Assembly: GCA_903825015.1 (NCBI GenBank)
Contig: CAIJYZ010000093.1
Location: 2,159 to 66,158 of the forward strand
Source of the DNA: an uncultured Actinomycetes bacterium
Lineage (GTDB): Bacteria > Actinomycetota > Actinomycetes > Nanopelagicales > Nanopelagicaceae
Length of the DNA: 64,000 bases
Reading direction: 5' to 3'
The notes under the pieces were generated by a model. It was not told where the DNA came from and did no database searches. It saw nothing but the letters and a program-made list of their open reading frames with translations. The position numbers were made by a program, and so were the translations under genes. Positions 18,533 to 28,095 of the stretch are shown here, piece by piece (position 1 is the first letter of the stretch; each line of letters opens with the position of its first letter).

Positions 18533-19588
18533 TTAGATAGAAGCCAATGCTGCTGTGATGTCGTTCCAAATGTCATCGACATGTTCGCAGCCAACTGACA
18601 AGCGAATCAACTGCTCGGGTACAGATGGGCTCTCAATAGGCCAACGGCGCCTGCGCTCCCATAAGGATTCAACGCCTCCCAAACTAGTTGCATGAGCAAT
18701 CATCGTCGAAGAGTCGCAAACTTTCTGAGTTTGCTCTGGAGTTCCATCGACTTCAAAAGAGACAATCGCACCAAAACCTGGATAGCGCACGCGGGTAATT
18801 TTCGGATGATTACTAAGCCGAGTTACTAACTCTTTTGCGCTCTCTTGCGATTTATTAAATCGCAATGGGAAGGTACGTAAACCACGAAGCGCCAGCCAAG
18901 CTTCTAGGGGACCAGGGATAGAACCATTAAAGCTGCGAGAATCCTGCAATCGCTTATATAGGGCTGGATCCTCTGTAGAAAGTGAGCCCATTAAGACATC
19001 GCTATGGCCTGATAAAAACTTAGTAACAGAGTGCATGACAATGTCGGCGCCCATCGCCAACGGATTTTGCACAAGAGGCGTCGCGAAGGTGTTATCGACA
19101 GCAACTCCAATGCCTAATTTCTTGGCAGCTGAAATTAGCGCTGGCAAATCTGCAACATCAAGACATGGATTTGTTGGTGATTCAAGCCAAACTAATGCAG
19201 CACCTTTCATCGCATCAATAACTTCTTGCGTCTTTACAACATCAACAAATCTAACTTCCAACCGACCGCTTGCATGGAACGAGTTCAACAAACTCATAAC
19301 GCCGCTATAGCCCTGATTTGATGCAACTATCGGCGCACCAATCGGCAAGATTGAAAAGACTGCGCTAATCGCTGCCATTCCTGATGAAAAGGCAAGGGTC
19401 TGACCGCCCTCTAATTCACTGATTGCTTCTTCTAGCGCCGTCCACGTTTGGTTTCCGTAACGCCCATAACCAATTGGACCACCAGAATGAAATGTAGAAG
19501 TCAAAACTACCGATGGATTAAGTGGCGCATCGGGCTCTATTGGCGGACGGCCAGCAGTGATTGCAATTGTCTCTGGATTCTTGCTCAT
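18533..19588 (-). CDS. metB: Cystathionine gamma-synthase/lyase family PLP enzyme
   Basis: YGRYGN, SSGMAA, ESPTNP, VDNTFATP, HSVTKFLSGH, SLGGVES. Confidence 0.85.
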   Translation of the reverse strand: MSKNPETIAITAGRPPIEPDAPLNPSVVLTSTFHSGGPIGYGRYGNQTWTALEEAISELEGGQTLAFSSGMAAISAVFSILPIGAPIVASNQGYSGVMSLLNSFHASGRLEVRFVDVVKTQEVIDAMKGAALVWLESPTNPCLDVADLPALISAAKKLGIGVAVDNTFATPLVQNPLAMGADIVMHSVTKFLSGHSDVLMGSLSTEDPALYKRLQDSRSFNGSIPGPLEAWLALRGLRTFPLRFNKSQESAKELVTRLSNHPKITRVRYPGFGAIVSFEVDGTPEQTQKVCDSSTMIAHATSLGGVESLWERRRRWPIESPSVPEQLIRLSVGCEHVDDIWNDITAALASI

Positions 19589-19592
19589 TGCG

Positions 19593-21119
19593 TCATTCTA
19601 TTTCCATTGCTGCAAGGACTGCCATTGCAGCGTTGTGACCTGGAATACCACTGACTCCCCCGCCACGAATTGCGCCAGCGCCACAAATAAAGATTCGTGG
19701 ATCATCGGTTTCAACTCCCCAGCCAGGCAGGTCATCATCTTCGCGGAATGGGAAACTTAAATCCTTATGGAAGATATTTCCACGCGGTAAACCAACATCG
19801 CCCTCGATATCTAACGGAGACTTAACTTCAACTGCGGCCATAACTGTTTCAATCGGTTCGACGAGAAGTTCATTTAAAGATGCCAAAGCCGCTTTTAAGG
19901 CGAGAGCTTTTGTGCCCTCGTTGTCTGCTTCAAATAAAGCAGCTGGTGTATGAAACCCGAAGAGAGTCAGAGTTTGATAGCCGGCAGCTTGCAGATCCGG
20001 ACTCAAAATCGATGGATCGGTCAAAGTATGGCAATACATTTCAATGGGAAGTTTTTGCGCTAACTTACCGGCTTTAGCCTCTAAGAATGTTGACTCAAAA
20101 ATCGAAAAAGATTCATTGGCGTGAAACGTACCTGCAAATGCAAGTCTTGGATCAATACCAGATTTTAATTTAGGCAATGCTTTCAGCAAAATATTAATCT
20201 TTGTCTGCGCGCCATCAAGGCTCTTGGGGGCTTGCTCTCCACGTAGTTTTGCAAGAGTCTGAGGCGCAGCGTTGCTTAAAAGATATTTCGAATTAATCTC
20301 TGTGCCATCTGCAAGTTCAACAGTGGCCATTGTCGCCGAAGCTGTAACTGTATTTACACGTGAATTAACTTTGATAGTTACGCCAGCAGCAACGGCTACG
20401 CGCTCGAGTTCGCTAACCAGTGCTCCCATTCCTCCGCGTGGAACTTTCCATTCTCCTGTTCCATTTCCAATTAAATGATAGAGGAAGCAAATATTTGCTT
20501 GAAAATCAAAGGCCGATGCAAAGGTCCCAACCAGTGCATCCGTCAAGATCACTCCACGAACAATGTCATCCTTGAAACGCTTTTCTATTTCTTCACCGAT
20601 TGGGCGCTCCATTAAGTATTCCCATACATCGGGCATATTTATCATGGCCTTTAGTTCGCTACGTGTTTGCAATGGCTTGAGCATTGTTGGAGCGATCTTT
20701 TGTGCAAAGAGGGCAATTTCGTTGTAGAAATCCTGCCATGCTTGCCACTCTGCACCACTTGGATCTATCTGCAGAAAAGAATCTTCGGTTTCTTGATCCC
20801 ATTGGCGCGCAATAAAGAGGCCCAAATCTTTCCCACCGCGTGAATAAGGGGTGTAACTAGACACCGTGCGAGATAAAGTTTCAAATTCGATACCTAACTC
20901 ACTTACAATTTGATCAGGCAAGAGTGAAACTAGATATGCATAGCGTGATAAACGCGCATCGTATTCAGGAAATGCACGTACGCTTGTAGTTGCACCGCCA
21001 ACTTCTGCATTGGCCTCAAGAATAATTACTGATTTGCCCGCTTTTGCAAGATAGGTGGCGGCGACTAAACCATTGTGGCCTCCGCCAACAATTACAACAT
21101 CGTAATTTAATTGCGGCAC
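19593..21119 (-). CDS. Phytoene dehydrogenase-like FAD-dependent oxidoreductase
   Basis: GGGHNGL Rossmann motif, PRGGMG, GNIFH, GGGVSGIPGHNAA. Confidence 0.85.
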   Translation of the reverse strand: MPQLNYDVVIVGGGHNGLVAATYLAKAGKSVIILEANAEVGGATTSVRAFPEYDARLSRYAYLVSLLPDQIVSELGIEFETLSRTVSSYTPYSRGGKDLGLFIARQWDQETEDSFLQIDPSGAEWQAWQDFYNEIALFAQKIAPTMLKPLQTRSELKAMINMPDVWEYLMERPIGEEIEKRFKDDIVRGVILTDALVGTFASAFDFQANICFLYHLIGNGTGEWKVPRGGMGALVSELERVAVAAGVTIKVNSRVNTVTASATMATVELADGTEINSKYLLSNAAPQTLAKLRGEQAPKSLDGAQTKINILLKALPKLKSGIDPRLAFAGTFHANESFSIFESTFLEAKAGKLAQKLPIEMYCHTLTDPSILSPDLQAAGYQTLTLFGFHTPAALFEADNEGTKALALKAALASLNELLVEPIETVMAAVEVKSPLDIEGDVGLPRGNIFHKDLSFPFREDDDLPGWGVETDDPRIFICGAGAIRGGGVSGIPGHNAAMAVLAAMEIE

Positions 21120-22288
21120 TACAAACTCTTAACTATGCGATCAATAGCTTCAGTAATAATCGTTGGACTAGTTGCAAAATTCAGCCGAACGAACTGTGCG
21201 CTCTGTGCGCCGTAAATGTACCCAGGATTAAAGGCTACTTTGCCACGCTCAAGTAATGTTTGAGCGGGATTATCGCCCAAATTAAGTGAACTTAAATCAA
21301 GCCAAGCAACATAACTGCATTGGGGGATGTGATATTTAACCGATGGAAGTTTTGCGCTCAATAAATCCTTAATCATGAATCGATTTTGGTCAAGGTTGGC
21401 GATAACCGAGTCCAGCCATAATCCCCCATCTTTAAAGGCTGCAGCTGATGCAAATGCACCCAGTATCGATGAGCGAAAGTGAACGGCGGGAGGCATCAAT
21501 GCCAATTTCTCATTTATTGCATCGTCCTGAGAAATAATGATTGCCGACTTTAGACCAGCAATATTCCAGCCCTTGGAAGCTGAAGTAACGGTTACTCCCA
21601 CTTGGCGCGCAGTGTCATTTAGGCCGAGAAAGGGAATGAATTTTGCTTCTTTGAAAGTAAGCGGCGAGTGAATCTCATCGCTAATTACAACTACGTCATA
21701 TTTCTTTGCCATCTCTGCAATTCGAGAAAGTTCCTCATGTGAGTAAACACGACCAAGGGGATTATGCGGCGAGCACAGCAAATGGACTTTAATTCCTGAT
21801 GCATAAACTTTTTCTACTTCATCTAAGTCAATTGTCCATGGATTTATATCATCGCTATTTGAACCAGCATTTATAAATGGAACATCTGCAATCTCTAGTC
21901 GAGTTTCTTTTATCCAGCTATAGAAATTCTGATAGACAGGAGAGTTAATTAGAATTCGATCTCCGGGCTCCGTAAATACTCGAAGTACTTCGACCACACC
22001 GACACCAACATCACCGGCGATTCGTAGTTGGGACTTGTCAATGTCCCATCCCCAGCGTGAAGCACAAAAGGAGGCAAAGCTATCGGCCAACTCCGGGACC
22101 GAGCCTAAGTAACCCATATCTGAGTGATTGACCATCTCAAGCAATACATCGCGAATTGGTTGGGCAATAGGAAAGTCCATCTCCATAACAGGCAGTGGCA
22201 ATACGTCGGCCGGAAATCCACGCCATTTTTCGGAGTGATGAGTTAGTAATTCACTTAAAGCTGGGGCAACAACATTGTTATCAGACAT
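21119..22288 (-). CDS. MalY/PatB family PLP enzyme (cystathionine beta-lyase)
   Basis: SEKW, LPVMEMDF, LCSPHNPLG, SDEIH, SASKGWN, RLNFAT. Confidence 0.9.
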   Translation of the reverse strand: MSDNNVVAPALSELLTHHSEKWRGFPADVLPLPVMEMDFPIAQPIRDVLLEMVNHSDMGYLGSVPELADSFASFCASRWGWDIDKSQLRIAGDVGVGVVEVLRVFTEPGDRILINSPVYQNFYSWIKETRLEIADVPFINAGSNSDDINPWTIDLDEVEKVYASGIKVHLLCSPHNPLGRVYSHEELSRIAEMAKKYDVVVISDEIHSPLTFKEAKFIPFLGLNDTARQVGVTVTSASKGWNIAGLKSAIIISQDDAINEKLALMPPAVHFRSSILGAFASAAAFKDGGLWLDSVIANLDQNRFMIKDLLSAKLPSVKYHIPQCSYVAWLDLSSLNLGDNPAQTLLERGKVAFNPGYIYGAQSAQFVRLNFATSPTIITEAIDRIVKSL

Positions 22289-22335
22289 GGCTGCAAGGTT
22301 ACCCTGAGCCACACCTATTGTGAAAGAGGTTAAAA

Positions 22336-23349
22336 CTAGGCCTCTGCCGCTGTTATGCGGCGAGTTGAATTTCGCACAACTAAAGTTGTTGGTAGTACTA
22401 AAGAAGGTGGTTCGATATTTGGTTTACGCAAACGTTCCATAATCGACCAAGCAGCCATCTCGCCCATTAATTGCACTGGTTGTTCAATCGTAGTTAATTC
22501 GGAAAACTCTGCCATTTCATGTCCATCGAAACCAACGATTGAAATATCATCAGGTGCCTTCAGGCCATGTCGTCGTAAAGCCTGCATTGCACCCATCGCC
22601 ATTTCATCGGATTCACAAAAAATTGCAGTTGGTCGATTTGGGCGAGCTAATAAATCATCCATCGCACGGGCTGCGGTATGCATTGTGAAATCACCATGAA
22701 CTTCGCGTTGAGGTAACCACTCCAAACCATTTTCTGCTAATACCTGCATAAATCCTTTGCGGCGATCCTGCGGAACGCTAAAGTTAAATGGATCATCTGG
22801 TCGACCAGACATGAGCCCAATTTTCTTGTGACCCTGATTAACTAAATGCTGCGTTGCTGATCGAGCACCGGCAATGTCATCGATTTTAATAGAAGCGCAC
22901 TTAGGGTTCTCCATCCCCACCAATGCAATTGGAATTCCAAGACTAAGCATCGAATCAAACTCTTCAATAGTTGGCGGCAAGCTGATGACAATCAATGCAT
23001 CGACTCTGCCCTTTAATAATTGATGTTGAAAAAGTCTTTCACGGCCCTTCATCTGACTGAAGTTATAGAGCAATAAATCAAGGCCAGCTTCTCGTAGAGC
23101 TTGTTCGGCGCCACTTATAACTTGAGAGAAATACCAACGTGAAATATAAGGCGCTACAACTCCGACGCTGTTTGTGCGCCCACTTTGAGAAGCATGTTTT
23201 ACGGGCGTCAGCGGATAATCAAGTTTCTCTGCAGCGGCCATAATTCTTGAACGGGTAGCGGCATTAACGTGATGCAGTCCGCGTAAGGCGCGTGAAACAG
23301 TTGCAGTGGAGACCCCTGCTTCTTCAGCAACTTCCTTAATTCCCGCCAT
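22336..23349 (-). CDS. LacI family transcriptional regulator (MalR/AglR-like)
   Basis: IKEVAEEAGVSTATVSRAL HTH, SIVGFD, LTTIEQP; start reassigned to MAGIKE. Confidence 0.92.
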   Translation of the reverse strand: MAGIKEVAEEAGVSTATVSRALRGLHHVNAATRSRIMAAAEKLDYPLTPVKHASQSGRTNSVGVVAPYISRWYFSQVISGAEQALREAGLDLLLYNFSQMKGRERLFQHQLLKGRVDALIVISLPPTIEEFDSMLSLGIPIALVGMENPKCASIKIDDIAGARSATQHLVNQGHKKIGLMSGRPDDPFNFSVPQDRRKGFMQVLAENGLEWLPQREVHGDFTMHTAARAMDDLLARPNRPTAIFCESDEMAMGAMQALRRHGLKAPDDISIVGFDGHEMAEFSELTTIEQPVQLMGEMAAWSIMERLRKPNIEPPSLVLPTTLVVRNSTRRITAAEA

Positions 23350-23464
23350 CTGGCTCCCCCATGAACTGCAAAACCTGCAAATATTTCTGCAAGAGACTGC
23401 AAAATACGGCATGTTCGCTGTAATAAGCAATAGCCCAGCGAGAAATACGGGTAAATTGAGCGCT

Positions 23465-24058
23465 ATGAGTAATCAAATTGAAACCCAGATCGACGTATCC
23501 CTGACCGAGCGAAATCGCGTTAGCGCTTTATTTCGCATCATCCTTGTGGTGCCAATGGCAATTTTTGTTACATCATTTGCCCCACAGCAATTTGATACAA
23601 ACAACACGTCGTGGGTTATGGGTTTCTTTATTCTTCCTGTAGCTCTATCAATAGTTTTTCGCCAGGCTTATCCAACATATTTGCTGGCATTTAATGAAGC
23701 TTTTATGTCACTCTCTACCCGTGTTGATGCCTACGTCCTTGTACTGACCGATGAATATCCATCGTTGGAAGAAAATGATGTTGTAAGCGTAACTTTTCCA
23801 GAAGTGGATCCTAAAGCCCTCAACCGTTACTTGCCTCTTGTGAAATGGTTCCTAGCAATTCCTTTGTACATTGTTGGAATTATCTATGGAGTGTATGCAT
23901 TCTTCCTCACCATTTTTGCTTGGGTAAGTGTTGTTTTAACTGGTAACTATCCAGAATGGTGTGCTGAAGGAGTTGTAGGGACTATTGCCTATTGGAACCG
24001 CATTGCTGGTTATGCACTTCTTATGGTTACGGATGAATATCCAACTTTCTCGCTCTAA
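23465..24058 (+). CDS. DUF4389 family membrane protein
   Basis: Two repeats ending TDEYP; NRYLPLVKWFLAIP. Confidence 0.8.
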   Translation: MSNQIETQIDVSLTERNRVSALFRIILVVPMAIFVTSFAPQQFDTNNTSWVMGFFILPVALSIVFRQAYPTYLLAFNEAFMSLSTRVDAYVLVLTDEYPSLEENDVVSVTFPEVDPKALNRYLPLVKWFLAIPLYIVGIIYGVYAFFLTIFAWVSVVLTGNYPEWCAEGVVGTIAYWNRIAGYALLMVTDEYPTFSL

Positions 24059-24061
24059 TTA

Positions 24062-24706
24062 ATGGCTACGCACTCTGCTCAAAAAATGCGGCGTATAGTC
24101 GCAGAGGTTGGCCAGTTAGATCGCAAATTTGCACCTTTGATTGAACGTCGCCCACTCTGCACAATTGGTCGCACCGCACCTACTGAGTCGCATTTTGAAT
24201 CACTTGTTAGTTCAGTGATTTCGCAGCAGCTTGCCACTAAAGCAGCAGACACGATTCACAATCGATTAGTTGATCTTTGTAAAGGAACAATCAATGCAAA
24301 GAAGTTGATCAAACTCGATGATCTTGCTCTGCGCGAAATTGGGGTTTCTGGTGCAAAATCTCGGACTATAAAGGGGTTAGCAGCAGCTGCAATTGATAAA
24401 TCAATTCCAATCGACTCAATTGATGAAATCCACGATGACCAAGAGATTTACGACAAATTGACATCATTGTGGGGTATTGGTCGCTGGACCGTAGAGATGT
24501 TTATGATGTTTCAACTTGGCCGTTTAGATATATGGCCGACAGGAGATCTGGCAGTTCGTCGCGGCTGGGACCTTATTCATAAGAACAAAGAGGAAACTTT
24601 GGCAAAAGCCTTGGATCTTAAAGGTGAAAAACTTCATCCCTATCGCAGCGTTGTTGCTTGGTACTGCTATCAGGCCGTTCATGAAAGCCGCGGTTTAGAT
24701 TACTAA
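24062..24706 (+). CDS. alkA: DNA-3-methyladenine glycosylase II (HhH-GPD)
   Basis: ISQQL, LWGIGRWT, PTGDL, PYRS. Confidence 0.88.
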   Translation: MATHSAQKMRRIVAEVGQLDRKFAPLIERRPLCTIGRTAPTESHFESLVSSVISQQLATKAADTIHNRLVDLCKGTINAKKLIKLDDLALREIGVSGAKSRTIKGLAAAAIDKSIPIDSIDEIHDDQEIYDKLTSLWGIGRWTVEMFMMFQLGRLDIWPTGDLAVRRGWDLIHKNKEETLAKALDLKGEKLHPYRSVVAWYCYQAVHESRGLDY

Positions 24707-25116
24707 ATATCCTCAAGGATTAATGAGACCGAGTTAATGCACCAACGTTCGTCCGTTGGCACGTCATAGCCTTCGCCTTTAAATATATGACCTAGATGTG
24801 AGCCACAACCTGCGCAACGAACTTCAGTGCGAACCCGAGGGAACAGAGATCTATCCTCAATTAACTCAACTGCATCATCGTCAGTTGGCGCATAAAAAGA
24901 TGGCCATCCACAACCTGAATGAAATTTTGTTTCACTTCTAAATAGTTCGGCGCTGCACGCTTTGCATTTGTACACTCCAACTTTATCTGTATCTGTGTAT
25001 TCGCCAGTAAATGGACGTTCGGTTGCTGCATTGCGCAGTACATCATATGAAAGTGGATCAAGTTTTGCTTTTAACTCAGCTTCATCAATTGCTACTGGAT
25101 ATTGTTTCTCGCTCAT
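24703..25116 (-). CDS. msrB: Methionine-R-sulfoxide reductase
   Basis: TERPFTG, CxxC twice, GCGWPSF, RWCINS. Confidence 0.96.
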   Translation of the reverse strand: MSEKQYPVAIDEAELKAKLDPLSYDVLRNAATERPFTGEYTDTDKVGVYKCKACSAELFRSETKFHSGCGWPSFYAPTDDDAVELIEDRSLFPRVRTEVRCAGCGSHLGHIFKGEGYDVPTDERWCINSVSLILEDI

Positions 25117-25640
25117 ACGCTCGCACCTTGCGTTGGATATGCAACCCCAGTACTTGAGTGACAGTCATAACCATTTGGGTTCTTCTGCAAATACTTTTGG
25201 TGATATTCCTCCGCTAGATAGTACTCAACACCTTGCGAACTAATAATCTCAGTAACGATTTCATTTAACCCAGAACCAGTTAATACACTTTGGTAAATAT
25301 TACGTGAATTAACCGCTGTCACATATTGCTCTGGTGTGGTTGTATAGATTGAACTTCGATACTGACTTCCAATATCGCCACCTTGTTGATTAAGCGATGT
25401 CGGATCATGCATTGTCCAAAACTCTTCTAGCAACCGTTGGTAGCTCACTTTCGATTCATCGAAAACTACTTTCACCATTTCAGCATGGCCAGTGACCCCG
25501 GTGCACACTTGCTCGTATGAAGGATTGGCTCGCGTTCCACCCATATAGCCAACAGATGTTTCCTTAACACCATCCATCTGCCAAAAGCGACGCTCTGCGC
25601 CCCAAAAACATCCTGTAGCGAAATATGCGATTGAACTCAT
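25113..25640 (-). CDS. msrA: Methionine-S-sulfoxide reductase
   Basis: GCFWG, GHAE, QYRS, AEEYHQKY. Confidence 0.96.
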   Translation of the reverse strand: MSSIAYFATGCFWGAERRFWQMDGVKETSVGYMGGTRANPSYEQVCTGVTGHAEMVKVVFDESKVSYQRLLEEFWTMHDPTSLNQQGGDIGSQYRSSIYTTTPEQYVTAVNSRNIYQSVLTGSGLNEIVTEIISSQGVEYYLAEEYHQKYLQKNPNGYDCHSSTGVAYPTQGASV

Positions 25641-25704
25641 GCGCGCAATTCTGGCAGCATCACGCCAGATGCGCACCCGCTGATAACCTTGCCACTGTTC
25701 ATGA

Positions 25705-25776
25705 GCCCCCGTAGCTCAGGGGATAGAGCACCGCCCTCCGGAGGCGGGAGCACAGGTTCGAATCCTGTCGGGGGCA
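25705..25776 (+). tRNA. tRNA-Arg(CCG), CCA not encoded
   Basis: Cloverleaf: GCCCCCG acceptor stem, GCTC/GAGC D stem, CCGCC-CT CCG GA-GGCGG anticodon arm, ACAGG-TTCGAAT-CCTGT T arm. Confidence 0.97.
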
Positions 25777-25946
25777 CACTTGATTTAAATCACCATGATT
25801 TGGCAAATCTCTTTCCATTCATCCTTGTTTATCACCGCATAAGCAGGGAGAATTGACCCCTTGCGCAACATCGGTGTGCGTATTTCCACTATTCAATTTT
25901 AGGGAATTTGGGTACGCCCAAATCTTTGATTCAAAGGAGACGACTT

Positions 25947-26216
25947 ATGGATTGGCGACATCAATCAGCTTGCCGCGATGAAGATCCAGAGCTCTTCTTT
26001 CCCGTTGGAAATACTGGGCCGGCAATTACCCAAATTGAAGAAGCGAAAAAAGTTTGTAACCGCTGCATCGTGAAAGAGCCATGTCTAGCTTGGGCCCTTG
26101 AAAGCGGGCAGGATGCTGGTGTTTGGGGTGGGCTTTCAGAGGATGAACGCCGCGCTCTTAAGCGCCGTGCAGCACGAAATCGTGCCCGACTAATAGAACA
26201 GCAGAACCAGTTCTAA
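25947..26216 (+). CDS. whiB1: WhiB family Fe-S regulator (WhiB1-like)
   Basis: MDWRH..ACRDEDPELFFPVG, 4 Cys, GVWGGLSEDER; SD AAGGAG; convergent with pdtaS. Confidence 0.92.
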   Translation: MDWRHQSACRDEDPELFFPVGNTGPAITQIEEAKKVCNRCIVKEPCLAWALESGQDAGVWGGLSEDERRALKRRAARNRARLIEQQNQF

Positions 26217-27682
26217 ATCGGGAAGCGTAGATTTGCTTGCGTTCCCGAAAGAGTTGATTGTAATTTCAAGGTTCCCTTAAGTTCATTTTCAGTGAGAGTT
26301 CGTACAATCTGTAAACCTAAATTTGAAGAGGTTGCTAAATCAAATCCTTCGGGAAGGCCAATTCCATCATCGACGATATTTATTACGCACTCATTACTAT
26401 AACGCGCTAATTCAATAGACAGCACGGATCCTTGCTCTGCTAATCCATGTTCTAAAGCATTGTGCATTAACTCCGTTACCACTAAAGACAGTGGTGTTGC
26501 TAAGCGAGATTCCAGTGAACCTAATTCACCTATACGTTCGATTCGCAACTCCCCCATTCGCGGACTGAGCTCGAGAGCATGCGTAATCAAATTTGTAAGT
26601 ACCTGATCAAATGCAACGGTATTTTCGCTACTGCTAGATAATGTTTCATGTACTAATGCAATTGATGCAATTCGACGTACCGCTTCATTTAAAGCTGAAG
26701 CTGCACTTGGATCTTCAATTCTGCGGGCTTGTAAACGAAGCAATGCAGAAACTGTCTGCAAATTATTCTTAACACGGTGATGAATTTCGCGAATGGTTGC
26801 ATCTTTGGTTACAAGTTCGCGCTCACGTCGACGAAGTTCGGTAACATTTTGGAGCAAGACAATTGCCCCAATTCGGTCTTCACCTTGTAGCAAAGGCAAT
26901 ACCAACAGATCAATTGTTGCCCCTTGATTATCAATTTCAACTCTGCGCGATACTTTTCCATTTAGACGGGTGCGGATCCCCTCCTCATGCGGATTTGGTG
27001 AATTCTTTGCCACTTCCTCGGCAACTTCACCCAATTTATGGTTTTCAATTTCATTTTTCCAACCCATCCTGCTGAATGCAGAACGTGCATTTGGGCTGGC
27101 ATATGAGATCACTCCATTTATATCAAGGCGAATTAGGCCATCTCCAACTCGGGGAACAGGCTCAAATAATGAACCCGCGTCCTTGTAAGGAAAAGTGCCT
27201 TCAGCCACCATTCGATACAAGCAGTGGGCAATTTCTCGATAATTAAGTTCCAGTCGACTAGGGGAACGCATAAGTTCGGCATTGCGATGGCGAGTTATAA
27301 CTGCAATTACTTGTCCTTCAAAAACAACAGGAACTGCCTCTTCTTTGATTAGTAATTCCCCGACTTGCTCGGATTCTGAGTCTCTGACTATTTCTCCACT
27401 AGAGAGCGCTTGATCGATTCGAGGTTTGGTACCCCATGTCACTTCATCACCAATTACATCATTGGTGAAAACGGTTGCAGCTGTAGTTGGCCGAATATGA
27501 GCAACAGCAACATGACCAGTAGGCCACATTTTAATATCTTTTCTAATTGGTACCCAAAGAATTAAATCTGCAAAAGATAAATCTGAAAGTAATTGCCAAT
27601 CTGCCACTAACTCTCGGAGTTTGTGCGCTTGATCAATTGAAACCGAACTGCGACCATGAAGCAGAGTTTCAAACTGCGGCAC
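26213..27682 (-). CDS. pdtaS: Cytoplasmic sensor kinase PdtaS (H_kinase_N, PAS, HisKA_2)
   Basis: WQLLSDLSFADL, KDATIREIHHRVKNNLQ, LGLQIVRTL. Confidence 0.9.
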   Translation of the reverse strand: MPQFETLLHGRSSVSIDQAHKLRELVADWQLLSDLSFADLILWVPIRKDIKMWPTGHVAVAHIRPTTAATVFTNDVIGDEVTWGTKPRIDQALSSGEIVRDSESEQVGELLIKEEAVPVVFEGQVIAVITRHRNAELMRSPSRLELNYREIAHCLYRMVAEGTFPYKDAGSLFEPVPRVGDGLIRLDINGVISYASPNARSAFSRMGWKNEIENHKLGEVAEEVAKNSPNPHEEGIRTRLNGKVSRRVEIDNQGATIDLLVLPLLQGEDRIGAIVLLQNVTELRRRERELVTKDATIREIHHRVKNNLQTVSALLRLQARRIEDPSAASALNEAVRRIASIALVHETLSSSSENTVAFDQVLTNLITHALELSPRMGELRIERIGELGSLESRLATPLSLVVTELMHNALEHGLAEQGSVLSIELARYSNECVINIVDDGIGLPEGFDLATSSNLGLQIVRTLTENELKGTLKLQSTLSGTQANLRFPI

Positions 27683-27683
27683 G

Positions 27684-28076
27684 CTACTTCCACTCCCCTA
27701 AAGTCAGTGGAATCTCTTGCGTTGCAAACCACACTAACTCTTCTTCTTCATCATCTGGAAACAATAGAAGCGCGCATTGCACTTGTTCCCATTTGATTGA
27801 GGAGTTTAAAGTTACTGATTTCTCTTGCACTTGATTCACTTGCGCTGGTTCTAACTCAATTGCCAGGGTTATTCCTGGTGCGTGTTTAGTATTTCGAAGC
27901 TCTAAAGATTCTTTGGCTGCTTCTAGAGATAGTAGATACTCAATTTCTTCTTCATCTAAATCCGAGTTATCACCGACATAAAACGGTGTTGGAGCAAGAA
28001 TTGATTCGACTTCTTTGCTTCCAGAGTTGAGGAAGGTTGCTAGCTCATCATGAGTTATTGGCAGATAGGCTCGCAT
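27684..28076 (-). CDS. Conserved actinobacterial hypothetical protein (DUF6912-like)
   Basis: MRAYLP, DEEEIEY, LVWFATQEI. Confidence 0.7.
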   Translation of the reverse strand: MRAYLPITHDELATFLNSGSKEVESILAPTPFYVGDNSDLDEEEIEYLLSLEAAKESLELRNTKHAPGITLAIELEPAQVNQVQEKSVTLNSSIKWEQVQCALLLFPDDEEEELVWFATQEIPLTLGEWK

Positions 28077-28095
28077 GAGTTAATAGTATTAGAAA

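Noticed and set aside
19593-21119. crtI of a carotenoid/retinal pathway
   Set aside because: No crtB, crtE, crtY, blh or rhodopsin gene in the window; motifs fit the broader CrtI-like oxidoreductase group
25705-25800. tRNA-Arg as integration site of an island
   Set aside because: No integrase, no duplicated tRNA 3' end noticed, and core genes on both sides
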